Assembly: GCA_038319435.1 (NCBI GenBank)
Contig: JBBQDG010000008.1
Span: 11,319-75,318 of the forward strand
From: Sphingomonadales bacterium
Lineage (GTDB): Bacteria; Pseudomonadota; Alphaproteobacteria; Sphingomonadales; Sphingomonadaceae
DNA length: 64,000 bases
Direction of reading: 5' to 3'
Below the pieces are notes generated by a model. The model worked only from the letters and a program-made list of their open reading frames with translations, was not told the DNA's origin and did not search any database. Below are positions 22,698 to 31,868 of this stretch, in pieces (position 1 is the stretch's first letter; each line of letters opens with the position of its first letter). The translations under genes were made by a program, and so were the position numbers.

Positions 22698-22926
22698 ACG
22701 TCCCTCCTATCTTGTCATATAGCTTCGCGGTCAGCGTAGTTCCACCGCCGAATCCAATTAGGATCCCGTTGTGGCACGCAAGGCACAATCGACGCTCGAA
22801 CCGGCGCGCTCGTCAAGCGATCGCGGCGATGCGGCGTGCCGCCCAAGGCGCTTGCGGCGACGCGACGCGCTCCTTACACGAAGCTGACATCGTTCGCGCG
22901 CCCCCGCGCTTCCTCGAGGATTTCCC

Positions 22927-23358
22927 ATGCGCCGTTCCACGCCCCTTGCCGTCCTTCTCATCGCCGGCCTCGCGCTTGGCGGCTGCGCCCGTGACCGGCG
23001 GCTGCCGACGACGCTCGCGCCGTCACGAATGACGACGATCGGGGTCAACGCCTATCTGTGGCGCGCGTCGATCGACACGCTGTCGTTCGCGCCGCTGACC
23101 CAGGCCGATTCAAACGGCGGGGTGATCGTCACCGACTGGTATTCCACCCCGCGCGCGCCGAACGAGCGGGTCAAAATCACCGCCTCGATTCTCGACCAGG
23201 ATCTGCGCGCCGACGCGCTGCGCGTCGCCGCCGCGCGCCAGGTCAACCAGGGCGGGTCATGGGTCGACGTGCCGGTCGCGGCAGCGACGGTGCAGAAGCT
23301 GGAAGACATCATCCTGACCCGCGCCCGCGACCTTCGCCGCTCCGCCGTCCACGGCTAA
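22927..23358 (+). CDS. DUF3576-family lipoprotein
   Basis: lipobox LGGC, IGVNAYLWRAS.DTLSF.PL, GGVIVTDWY; usual position upstream of leuS. Confidence 0.85.
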   Translation: MRRSTPLAVLLIAGLALGGCARDRRLPTTLAPSRMTTIGVNAYLWRASIDTLSFAPLTQADSNGGVIVTDWYSTPRAPNERVKITASILDQDLRADALRVAAARQVNQGGSWVDVPVAAATVQKLEDIILTRARDLRRSAVHG

Positions 23359-23370
23359 GCGGATCGCCCC

Positions 23371-25974
23371 ATGAGTGACCGCTTCGACCCCGCGGCGGCC
23401 GATGCGCGCTGGCAGGCGCGCTGGGCCGAAGCGGGGAGCTTCGTCGCCGACGCGGCGAGCGCCAAGCCCAAGACCTTCGTGCTCGAGATGTTTCCCTATC
23501 CGTCGGGGCGCATCCACATGGGGCATGTCCGCAACTACACGATGGGCGATGTGCTGGCGCGGTTCCGGCGGATGCAGGGCTTCGAAGTGCTCCACCCGAT
23601 GGGCTGGGACGCGTTCGGCATGCCGGCCGAGAATGCAGCAATCGAGCGGGGGGTTCATCCCGGCGGCTGGACCCGCGCCAACATCGCAACGATGCGCGCG
23701 CAGCTGAAGCGATTGGGGTTCGCGCTCGACTGGAGCCGCGAGCTGGCGACATGCGAGCCCGACTATTACGGGCATGAACAGGCGCTGTTCCTCGACCTGC
23801 TCGACGCCGGCCTCGTCTATCGCAAGGAAAGCGAGGTCAATTGGGATCCGGTCGACGCGACCGTGCTGGCCAACGAGCAGGTCATCGACGGGCGTGGCTG
23901 GCGATCGGGGGCGCTAGTCGAGCGGCGCAAGCTGTCGCAATGGTTCTTGCGGATTACCGATTTCGCGGAAGAGTTGCTCGACGGGCTGGGGACGCTGGAC
24001 CTTTGGCCCGACAAGGTGCGGCTGATGCAGGAAAACTGGATCGGCAAAAGCCAGGGGATGAAGTTCGCGTTCGCGTTGGCCGCGCCGGAGGGCGGAATCG
24101 ACCAAGTCGACGTGTTCACAACGCGGCCCGACACGATCTTCGGGGCGAGCTTTGTTGCGGTTTCGGCGGGGCATCCGCTGGCGCTCGCGGTGGCCCGGCG
24201 GGACGGTGGAGCGCAGGCGTTCATCGACGAGTGCAAGACCGGCGGGACGACCGCAGCCGAGATAGAAACGGCGGAAAAGCGAGGTTTTGATACAGGGCTG
24301 GAAGTGGCCCATCCACTCGATCCGGGGCGTCGCTTGCCCGTGTGGATCGCCAATTTCGTGCTCATGGAATATGGTACCGGAGCATTGTTCGGGGTACCCG
24401 CGCATGACACGCGCGATTTCGAGTTTGCGCACAAATATGGCCTGGAAATTCGCCGGGTCGTCATTCCGCAGGGAGGCGATCCCGACGCCTCGGTCGACGA
24501 GCCCGAGACCGGCTACGGGGTCGCGGTCCATTCCGATTTTCTCGACGGGCTGTCGAGCGAGGAGGCCAGGGACGCGGTCATCCGGCGCGCCGAGGATGGC
24601 GGATGGGGCGAGGGAACGACTCAATATCGCCTGCGCGACTGGGGGGTGTCGCGGCAGCGTTACTGGGGGACACCAATCCCGGTGATCCATTGCGAGGCTT
24701 GCGGGCCGGTCGGCGTACCGCGCGACCAATTGCCGATCGTGCTGCCCGAAGACGTGACGTTCGACGTGCCGGGCAATCCCCTCGACCGGCATCCGACATG
24801 GCGTGACGTCGCTTGCCCGACGTGCGGTGGGGCGGGACGGCGGGAGACCGACACGCTCGACACGTTCGTCAATTCGTCATGGTATTTCATCCGCTTCGCC
24901 AGCCAGCCGGGCAACAAGCCATTCGACCGGGCGGAGGCCGAGCAATGGCTTCCGGTGGCGCAATATATCGGCGGGGTCGAGCATGCGATTTTGCATCTGC
25001 TCTATGCGCGCTTCTGGACGCGCGCGCTCGAACGGATCGGCAGGATCGGGATCACCGAGCCGTTCAAGGGGCTGTTCACGCAGGGGATGGTGACGCACGA
25101 AACGTACAAGTCGCTCGATGGGCGCTGGCTTGGGCCCGATGAGGTTGACGACGCGTCGGGTGGCGAGATGATCGAGCGCGCGACCGGAACCGCGGTGGCG
25201 CGCGGCCGCATCGAGAAAATGTCCAAGTCGAAGAAGAATGTCATCGACCCCGAGCCGATCGTCGACCGCTATGGCGCGGACGCGGTGCGCTGGTTCATGC
25301 TGTCGGACTCGCCCCCCGAGCGCGATCTCGAATGGTCCGAAGCGAGCATCGAGGGCGCCGCGAGATTCGTTCAGCGGGTGTGGCGGCTGGTACGCGAAGC
25401 ACGCGGAGCGAGCGGGAGCGACGTGACGCCACAAATGCAAGCGAGCGGCAGCGACGTGACGCCACGAACGCAAGCGAGCGGCAGCGACGTGACGCCAGCA
25501 AAAAACCCTTCGGTCGACAAGAAGCTGGCTCGCGCGACAGCCGCCATCGGCGCAGCGATCGACGGGCTGGCATTCAACAAGGCAATCGCGGCGGTGTACG
25601 AACTGGTCGGGTCGCTCGAGAAGGCCGCGCCCTCGGCAAGTCGCGACGAAGCGGTGCGGGTGCTGGTTCGGCTGATATCGCCGATGGCGCCACACCTCGC
25701 CGAAGAGTGCTGGGCGATGCTCGGGAACGACGGGATGGTCGCCGACGCGGCGTGGCCGAGCTTTGATCCAGCGCTTCTGGTCGACGACGAGGTGACGATC
25801 GCGATCCAGGTCAACGGCAAATTGCGCGACACGGTGACGGTCGCTCGCGGGATCGACAAGGACACGATCGAGGCAATCGCGCTCGGGCGCGACAAGATTG
25901 TTCGGCAACTCGATGGGGCAACTGCGCGCAAAGTGATTGTCGTTCCCGACCGGCTGGTGAATATCGTTGCATGA
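23371..25974 (+). CDS. leuS: leucine--tRNA ligase with an in-frame repeat insert
   Basis: HIGH-like [15 protein letters not shown], editing domain VFTTRPDT. Confidence 0.98.
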   Translation: MSDRFDPAAADARWQARWAEAGSFVADAASAKPKTFVLEMFPYPSGRIHMGHVRNYTMGDVLARFRRMQGFEVLHPMGWDAFGMPAENAAIERGVHPGGWTRANIATMRAQLKRLGFALDWSRELATCEPDYYGHEQALFLDLLDAGLVYRKESEVNWDPVDATVLANEQVIDGRGWRSGALVERRKLSQWFLRITDFAEELLDGLGTLDLWPDKVRLMQENWIGKSQGMKFAFALAAPEGGIDQVDVFTTRPDTIFGASFVAVSAGHPLALAVARRDGGAQAFIDECKTGGTTAAEIETAEKRGFDTGLEVAHPLDPGRRLPVWIANFVLMEYGTGALFGVPAHDTRDFEFAHKYGLEIRRVVIPQGGDPDASVDEPETGYGVAVHSDFLDGLSSEEARDAVIRRAEDGGWGEGTTQYRLRDWGVSRQRYWGTPIPVIHCEACGPVGVPRDQLPIVLPEDVTFDVPGNPLDRHPTWRDVACPTCGGAGRRETDTLDTFVNSSWYFIRFASQPGNKPFDRAEAEQWLPVAQYIGGVEHAILHLLYARFWTRALERIGRIGITEPFKGLFTQGMVTHETYKSLDGRWLGPDEVDDASGGEMIERATGTAVARGRIEKMSKSKKNVIDPEPIVDRYGADAVRWFMLSDSPPERDLEWSEASIEGAARFVQRVWRLVREARGASGSDVTPQMQASGSDVTPRTQASGSDVTPAKNPSVDKKLARATAAIGAAIDGLAFNKAIAAVYELVGSLEKAAPSASRDEAVRVLVRLISPMAPHLAEECWAMLGNDGMVADAAWPSFDPALLVDDEVTIAIQVNGKLRDTVTVARGIDKDTIEAIALGRDKIVRQLDGATARKVIVVPDRLVNIVA
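25408..25506 (+). repeat. 33-bp x3 in-frame tandem repeat inside leuS
   Basis: GCGAGCGG(G/C)AGCGACGTGACGCCA-N9 x3, encoding [33 protein letters not shown]. Confidence 0.97.
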
Positions 25975-26069
25975 TGAAGAAGCGCGCGCCTCGCTGGTTT
26001 TTGCTGGCTGCAGTTTTTGGTGGCTGCCCTGTCGCTTCCGCTCGGCAGCGGTCGGGGAGCGCTTCGTGA
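25971..26069 (+). CDS. putative 32-aa uORF1 with signal-peptide/lipobox-like sequence
   Basis: [32 protein letters not shown]; its ATG overlaps the leuS TGA (ATGA). Confidence 0.4.
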   Translation: MMKKRAPRWFLLAAVFGGCPVASARQRSGSAS

Positions 26070-26217
26070 TTCGCCGCCTGCCTCGCTGGTTTTTGTTGGC
26101 TGCAGTTTTTGTCGGCTGCCCTGTCGCTTCCGCTCGGCAGCGGTCGTGGAGCGCTTCATGATTCGCCGCCTGCCTCGCTGGTTTTTGTTGGCTGCCCTGT
26201 CGCTTCCGCTCGGCAGC
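25989..26217 (+). repeat. 92-bp tandem repeat (about 2.5 copies) of the lptE 5' region
   Basis: units start at 25989, 26081 and 26173 with CCTCGCTGGTTTTTG; the third copy lacks a 16-nt internal block. Confidence 0.95.
26066..26161 (+). CDS. putative 31-aa uORF2 with signal-peptide/lipobox-like sequence
   Basis: [33 protein letters not shown]; GTGA overlap with uORF1, and its stop overlaps the lptE ATG. Confidence 0.4.
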   Translation: MIRRLPRWFLLAAVFVGCPVASARQRSWSAS

Positions 26218-26676
26218 CTGACAGGCTGCGGGCTGCACCCGCTGTATGAAGGCGGCACTTCCGGAATCGCGGCAACGGGCCTGCGCTCGGTCGAGGTTGC
26301 ACCGATCCCACAACGCAGCGGCTGGCTGACCCGCAACGCGCTCGTCGACCGGCTTGGCGGGGAGCATCCGGCCGCTCGCTACCGGCTCGAAGTCGAGATT
26401 GACGACGCGCTGATCGGGTTCGGCATTCGTGGCGACGCCGCCGCGACGCGCGAGCGGCGAACCTTGCGCGCGCGATATCGGCTGGTCGAACGGGAAAGCG
26501 GCGCGGTGCTGCTCGATGCAACGGCGGGGTCGGACGCGGGGATCGACGTCGTCTCCTCCGAATATGCCACGGTCGCCGCCGAGCAGAACGCCGCCGAGCG
26601 CCTCAGTCAGCTCGTCGCTGATCAGATCGTCGCGCGGCTGGCGCGCTATATGTCGGCCGCGCCGCGGCGCCCGTGA
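26158..26676 (+). CDS. lptE: LPS assembly lipoprotein LptE
   Basis: [30 protein letters not shown] lipoprotein signal, YRLEV, SSEYAT..AE; between leuS and holA. Confidence 0.9.
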   Translation: MIRRLPRWFLLAALSLPLGSLTGCGLHPLYEGGTSGIAATGLRSVEVAPIPQRSGWLTRNALVDRLGGEHPAARYRLEVEIDDALIGFGIRGDAAATRERRTLRARYRLVERESGAVLLDATAGSDAGIDVVSSEYATVAAEQNAAERLSQLVADQIVARLARYMSAAPRRP

Positions 26677-26683
26677 GGGTGCG

Positions 26684-27697
26684 ATGAAGGCCAACAAGGC
26701 GACACTCGGGGCGAGCCTCGACCGGCCCGATCCGGCGGTGCGATTTTACCTGTTTTACGGGCCTGACGATGCGGGATCCCATGCGCTGGCGCATCGGCTG
26801 CTCAAGAGTCTGGGCGCCGAGCGGTTTGTGGTGACAGCAGGCGCTGTCAAGGGCGATCCGGCGCTGCTCGCCGACGAGGCCGGGGCGATGGGGCTGTTCG
26901 GGGACAAGCGCCTGCTGTGGATCGAGCCCGCGGGGGACGAGATTGCCGACGGGGTCGCAGGGTTGCTTGGCGCGCCGGCGGTCGAGAGTGTCGCAATCGC
27001 GATTGCCGGGGCGCTCAAGAAGAGTTCGGCGTTGCTCAAGCTGGCCGAGGGGGATCGCGCGGCGTGGGCGCATGCGTCCTATTTACCGGAGGGGCGCGAC
27101 GCAGACCGGATGGTGATTGATCTGGCCGGGTTGGAGGGATTGCGGGTGAGTGGCGGGCTGGCGTCGCGGATCGCGGCGGCGGCGGGGTCAAACCAGGCGA
27201 TCATTGCCGCGGAAATGGCGAAATATGCGCTTTATCTTGGATCGAGCACGGGGACGGAGCGTGAACTTGATCCTGAAACGGTCGACAAGCTTGGCGCGGA
27301 CAGCGGCGAGGGGGACTGGCAACGGATCGGGGACCTGGCGCTCGATGGACAGCTGGCCGAACTTGGCGACGCGTTGCAACGGTTGTCGCCGGGGGCATCG
27401 GAATGCGTGCCGATCGTGCGGTCGTTGCAGCGGCGCGTGCTCCAACTTGCACCGCTGCGCGCTCGGATCGAGCAGGGTGAGCGTGTCGACGGCGTCTTGA
27501 CGTCAATGGGCAAGGCCTTGTTCTGGAAGGACAAAGCAATTCTCCAGCGGCTGTTGTCGCAATGGAGTGGGGCGAGACTGGCGCAGCTTTCGGAGCGCGC
27601 CAGCGGGCTTGAGCGCCGGCTGATGTTCAGCTCGGTTCCGGACGAGGCGGCGCTGGGAGAAGAGCTTGTCGCGATCGCGCGGGCGGCCCGGCGGTAG
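26684..27697 (+). CDS. holA: DNA polymerase III delta subunit
   Basis: FYLFYGPD, LADEAGAMGLFGDKRL, ALFWKDK; leuS-lptE-holA synteny. Confidence 0.92.
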   Translation: MKANKATLGASLDRPDPAVRFYLFYGPDDAGSHALAHRLLKSLGAERFVVTAGAVKGDPALLADEAGAMGLFGDKRLLWIEPAGDEIADGVAGLLGAPAVESVAIAIAGALKKSSALLKLAEGDRAAWAHASYLPEGRDADRMVIDLAGLEGLRVSGGLASRIAAAAGSNQAIIAAEMAKYALYLGSSTGTERELDPETVDKLGADSGEGDWQRIGDLALDGQLAELGDALQRLSPGASECVPIVRSLQRRVLQLAPLRARIEQGERVDGVLTSMGKALFWKDKAILQRLLSQWSGARLAQLSERASGLERRLMFSSVPDEAALGEELVAIARAARR

Positions 27698-27700
27698 CGG

Positions 27701-28579
27701 CTAGATCGGTTCGCCCGAAAGACGCTGGCAGATCATGTCGAGTTGGTCGAGGCTTGAGTAGGCCAGGCTGACGGTGCCGCCGGCGCCGGAATGCGCGACC
27801 TTGACCTTGAGGCCAAGCAGATCCCCGAGCTGCCGTTCGAGCGCGGCGAGGTCGGCATCGACCGGCTTTGCTGCACGACTGGCGGACGGTGAGCGGGCCG
27901 ATGTCGGTTTGGCGGCGCGCGCGCGTTCTTCGACTTGGCGGACGGTAAGCCCTTGTGCAACAATGTCTTTGGCGATCGCCGAAGCATCGGGCGCGCCAAT
28001 GATAGCACGCGCATGACCCATGCTGATGTCGCCCGAAACGAGCAACTCTCGGACATCGACCGGAAGATCGAGCAGGCGCAGCAAATTGGCAACGTGGCTG
28101 CGCGACTTGGCGACGAGCTTGCCGAGCTGATCCTGAGTGTGGCCGTAGCGATCGATCAGTTTCTTATAACCCTCGGCTTCCTCGATCGCGTTGAGATCTT
28201 CGCGCTGAATATTCTCAATCAGCGCGATTTCTGCCGAGGAAGCGTCGTCGATGTCCTTGATCATGGCCGGGATGCTGTGGAGCTGTGCCTGCTGCGCCGC
28301 GCGCCAGCGGCGTTCGCCCGCGATCAACTGATAACCGCCATCGATCGGGCGAACGAGGATCGGCGAAATGACCCCTCGCTCGCGGATGGATTCTGTTAGT
28401 TCATCAATTCCTGTCACATCGAAATGTGTTCGTGGTTGGTTGGGATTAGGATAAATCAACCCGATGCTGATCTCGCGGACCGTACCCGACAGCGGCGGCA
28501 CCGCCTCCTCGAGATCGGGGCGCGCGACCTCACCAAGCAATGCCGACAGCCCACGACCAAGGCCTGAACGTCGGCTCAT
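27701..28579 (-). CDS. parB: chromosome partitioning protein ParB
   Basis: SGLGRGLSAL, NPNQPR, LIAGERRWRAA, ENIQREDLN, HTH KSRSHVANLLRL. Confidence 0.97.
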   Translation of the reverse strand: MSRRSGLGRGLSALLGEVARPDLEEAVPPLSGTVREISIGLIYPNPNQPRTHFDVTGIDELTESIRERGVISPILVRPIDGGYQLIAGERRWRAAQQAQLHSIPAMIKDIDDASSAEIALIENIQREDLNAIEEAEGYKKLIDRYGHTQDQLGKLVAKSRSHVANLLRLLDLPVDVRELLVSGDISMGHARAIIGAPDASAIAKDIVAQGLTVRQVEERARAAKPTSARSPSASRAAKPVDADLAALERQLGDLLGLKVKVAHSGAGGTVSLAYSSLDQLDMICQRLSGEPI

Positions 28580-29361
28580 GCGGCTTGCGCCGTTACATGA
28601 TTCAGTCGTCCGATCACTTCTCTGGCCAGTTTCACATAGGCCTCCGAACCGGGGCATTTCAGGTCGTAGATGAGAGCGGGCAGGCCGTGGCTTGGCGCTT
28701 CCGACAAGCGGACATTGCGCGGGATGACGGTATCGAACACCGTCACGCCGAGGCAGGCGCGAACGTCTTCGGCGACCGCCTGGGATAGATTGTTACGGCG
28801 ATCAAACATGGTGAGCGCCACGCCGAGAATGGCAAGCGTGGGATTGAACGCGACACGGATCCGCTCAACTGTCTGAAGCAGCTGGCTCAGCCCCTCTAGT
28901 GCGAAAAACTCACACTGCAATGGGATAAGGAGCTGCTGGGCGGACACCAGCGCGTTTACGGTTAGTAGCCCTAGCGAGGGCGGGCAATCCATCAAGCAAA
29001 TGTCCCAACGGCCCGGCGGAACCAGGTCGAACGCGCGCGCCAGGCGATGAGTACGATTGTCCATCGTCACCAGTTCGACCTCGGCGCCAGACAGGTCGAC
29101 CGTTGCCGGAAGCAGATCGAGGCGGGGGACCTTGGTAGCGATCACTGAGTCGATGATCGTCGCGTCACCCAGCAGCACGTCATAGCTTGAGCGTTCACGC
29201 GCCAATTGGGGAACACCGAGGCCGGTCGAGGCATTGCCCTGGGGATCAAGGTCGGCAAGTAGAACTTTCCACCCGATTGCAGCGAGCGCGGTGGCAAGAT
29301 TGATCGCCGTCGTGGTCTTGCCAACCCCACCTTTCTGATTGGCGATTGCAATTCGGATCAT
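28576..29361 (-). CDS. parA: chromosome partitioning ATPase ParA
   Basis: NQKGGVGKTTT, DLDPQGNAS, DCPPSLG, PRNVRLSEAPSHG. Confidence 0.97.
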   Translation of the reverse strand: MIRIAIANQKGGVGKTTTAINLATALAAIGWKVLLADLDPQGNASTGLGVPQLARERSSYDVLLGDATIIDSVIATKVPRLDLLPATVDLSGAEVELVTMDNRTHRLARAFDLVPPGRWDICLMDCPPSLGLLTVNALVSAQQLLIPLQCEFFALEGLSQLLQTVERIRVAFNPTLAILGVALTMFDRRNNLSQAVAEDVRACLGVTVFDTVIPRNVRLSEAPSHGLPALIYDLKCPGSEAYVKLAREVIGRLNHVTAQAA

Positions 29362-29969
29362 CGCACTCCCCTCCGCCTCACCCCGGTCGCGAGCAGGATC
29401 GACGCGGCCTCGTCGGTCAGGCTCGGCTCCAGCCGAAACACACCTTGCCACGCGTCGCGGACATCATCCAGTTCCTTTTGCGCCGTTCGACCCTTGGGAA
29501 GCACCCAGACGGTCTTCGGATGGGACAGATGGTCTGTCATTGCGAGGAGGGCACTCGCTGGGGCGACGGCACGGGCGGTAATATAGTCAAACTTCGTCGT
29601 GACAGCGCTCGCCTTGCCATGGGCGATTTGGACGTTGTCGAGGGCGAGGCGCGACTTGACCGTGGCAAGAAACTCGGCGCGGAGGCGGCGCGGCTCTATA
29701 AGCGTGACGGGTTCGCCGGTAAGGATAGCGATTACGATGCCCGGGAGGCCGGCGCCGGAGCCAATGTCGCTCCAGCGGCCACGGTTGACGTGACGGATCA
29801 ACTGGGCCGAGTCGAGCAGGTGCCGTTCCCACAGCTGGTCGACGGTGGAGGCTGCGATGATGTTCTGCCTGCTCGATGCTTCAACCAGCAGCGCGGCATA
29901 GGCTTCGATCCGGTCAAATGTTTCACGTGGAACATCACGGCCACAGACCACTTTCAACCGGTCGATCAT
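29358..29969 (-). CDS. rsmG: 16S rRNA m7G527 methyltransferase (GidB)
   Basis: RHLLDSAQL, DIGSGAGLPG, ITARA. Confidence 0.95.
   Translation of the reverse strand: MIDRLKVVCGRDVPRETFDRIEAYAALLVEASSRQNIIAASTVDQLWERHLLDSAQLIRHVNRGRWSDIGSGAGLPGIVIAILTGEPVTLIEPRRLRAEFLATVKSRLALDNVQIAHGKASAVTTKFDYITARAVAPASALLAMTDHLSHPKTVWVLPKGRTAQKELDDVRDAWQGVFRLEPSLTDEAASILLATGVRRRGVR
29919..29934. promoter_or_regulatory. parS centromere site (inside rsmG)
   Basis: TGTTTCACGTGGAACA, near-consensus parS. Confidence 0.92.
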
Positions 29970-31771
29970 GCGGCAGCGCGAACCAACGCAAAATGGAGAG
30001 CGGACATGGCGGCTGGCGTGATGCCACGCACGCGGCCGGCTTGGGCGAGGGTTTCCGGGCGGGCGGAGGTCAATCGCTCGACCATCTCGGTGGAGAGGCC
30101 GGGGACTGCCGAATACGTGAAGTGAGGGCGGATATTTACGTTCCGGTCATCACATAATGCTGCCCATTCGCGTCGTTGACGCTGGAGATAGGGGGCGTAT
30201 TCAGCGTCGGCGACAACTTCGTCCATTTCGGAACCGCTTGGCAAGTGGGCGATCGTTGCCTCGCGAACCTCGGGGCGGACAAGCCACTCGCGCAGCGGCC
30301 GTGTCGTCACGCCGCCTCCAACAACAAGGTCGCTTTCGCGCAGGCATTGGTCGAGCTGCAACGAAGCGTCGCGCAACGCGGTGCGGCGGTGCTCGATCAC
30401 GCCCCGTCGTTCAGCGCTAATGCAATTGGCATCGATCGCCTGCTGGCCGAGGCGGGTCGATGCATTGTCGGCGCGAAGATGCAGGCGAAATTCGGCGCGA
30501 GCGGTCATCATGCGATAGGGCTCGGTAACGCCGTGAAGGGTGAGATCGTCGATCATGACGCCGATGTAACTCGACGCGCGATCGAAGGTCACTAAAGTGA
30601 GGGCAAGTGCGTGGGCCGCGGCATTGAGGCCGGCAACGAGGCCTTGCGCCGCCGCTTCCTCATAACCCGTGGTGCCGTTGATCTGGCCGGCGAGGAACAG
30701 GCCGGAAATCTCTCCGTGGGATAGTCGCGAATCCAGGCGGCGCGGATCGAGGAAGGCATATTCCACCGCATAACCGGGTTGCGCGATCACGGCGCGCTCA
30801 AGACCCGGAATAGTGCGGACAAACTGCTCTTGCACGTCAACCGGGAGCGAGGTCGAAATGCCATTGGGATAGACGAGGTAGGTCCCAAGCCCCTCGGGTT
30901 CGAGGAATATCTGGTGGCCGTCGCGCTCGGCGAAGCGCTTGACCTTGTCCTCGATCGACGGACAATAGCGCGGTCCGCGACCCTCAATCGCGCCAGCAAA
31001 CAGCGGTGATCGTTCGAGGTTGCTTGCGATGACTTCATGCGTGCGCGCAGTGGTCCGAGTGATGGCGCAATCGATTTGGGACAGGTATGTGCTCTGCTGA
31101 AGCGCGGACATCGACCAGGTCGGCGGTTCCGACGGTTGTCGCTCAAGCCTGGCCCAGTCGATTGTTCGACCATCGAGACGCGGCGGCGTGCCGGTCTTGA
31201 GCCGACCTTCCGCCAAACCCAGCTCTTCGATCTGATCGGCCAGACCTAGCGAGGAACGTTCACCCAAGCGGCCGCCGGGTCGCTCATCCAGCCCACAGAA
31301 TAATTTTGCTCCCAGGAAGGTGCCGGAGGCGATCACCAATGCGCGACAATCGAGCAATTGCCCGCTGGCCAGTCGAACCCCGGCCAGCGCGCCGCCATCC
31401 AACCGGAGTCGGGCGACCTCTCCTTCGATCACGACGACTCCTGCATCAGCGACCAATGCCGCGATAGCTTCGCGATACGTGGTGCGGTCGGCCTGGATCC
31501 GGGGTCCGTGAACGGCGCTGCCCTTACTGCGATTGAGCATTCGCCGGTGGATCGTCGCGCCGTCAGCTGCGCGCGCCATCAACCCATCGAAGATGTCCAG
31601 CTCGCGGACGAGGTGACCCTTGCCAACCCCGCCAATCGATGGATTGCACGACAGTTGCCCAAGATTCGATCCGGCATAGCTGATCAAGCCGACGCGCGCG
31701 CCTCTCCGCGCAGCCGCGGCTGCAGCTTCGCAACCGGCGTGGCCCCCGCCGAGGATCAGGACGTCATACAT
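29966..31771 (-). CDS. mnmG: tRNA uridine-5-carboxymethylaminomethyl modification enzyme (GidA)
   Basis: GGGHAGCEAA, SCNPSIGG, LKTGTPPRL, GPRYCPSIEDK, GQINGTTGYEEAAAQG. Confidence 0.97.
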   Translation of the reverse strand: MYDVLILGGGHAGCEAAAAAARRGARVGLISYAGSNLGQLSCNPSIGGVGKGHLVRELDIFDGLMARAADGATIHRRMLNRSKGSAVHGPRIQADRTTYREAIAALVADAGVVVIEGEVARLRLDGGALAGVRLASGQLLDCRALVIASGTFLGAKLFCGLDERPGGRLGERSSLGLADQIEELGLAEGRLKTGTPPRLDGRTIDWARLERQPSEPPTWSMSALQQSTYLSQIDCAITRTTARTHEVIASNLERSPLFAGAIEGRGPRYCPSIEDKVKRFAERDGHQIFLEPEGLGTYLVYPNGISTSLPVDVQEQFVRTIPGLERAVIAQPGYAVEYAFLDPRRLDSRLSHGEISGLFLAGQINGTTGYEEAAAQGLVAGLNAAAHALALTLVTFDRASSYIGVMIDDLTLHGVTEPYRMMTARAEFRLHLRADNASTRLGQQAIDANCISAERRGVIEHRRTALRDASLQLDQCLRESDLVVGGGVTTRPLREWLVRPEVREATIAHLPSGSEMDEVVADAEYAPYLQRQRREWAALCDDRNVNIRPHFTYSAVPGLSTEMVERLTSARPETLAQAGRVRGITPAAMSALHFALVRAAA

Positions 31772-31852
31772 CGGTGACGCTTAGAAGCCGAGGTCGCTAG
31801 CCGCAATAACTTCGACGCGCACCGGCCCAAAATGCGATAGCTAACGACCTAT

Positions 31853-31868
31853 TGTTCCACGTGGAACA
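31853..31868. promoter_or_regulatory. parS centromere site (mnmE-mnmG intergenic)
   Basis: perfect palindrome TGTTCCACGTGGAACA abutting the mnmE stop. Confidence 0.92.

Noticed and set aside
25989-26217. Possible CRISPR or IS remnant
   Set aside because: Units are contiguous tandem copies of the lptE 5' region with no unique spacers, terminal IRs or transposase
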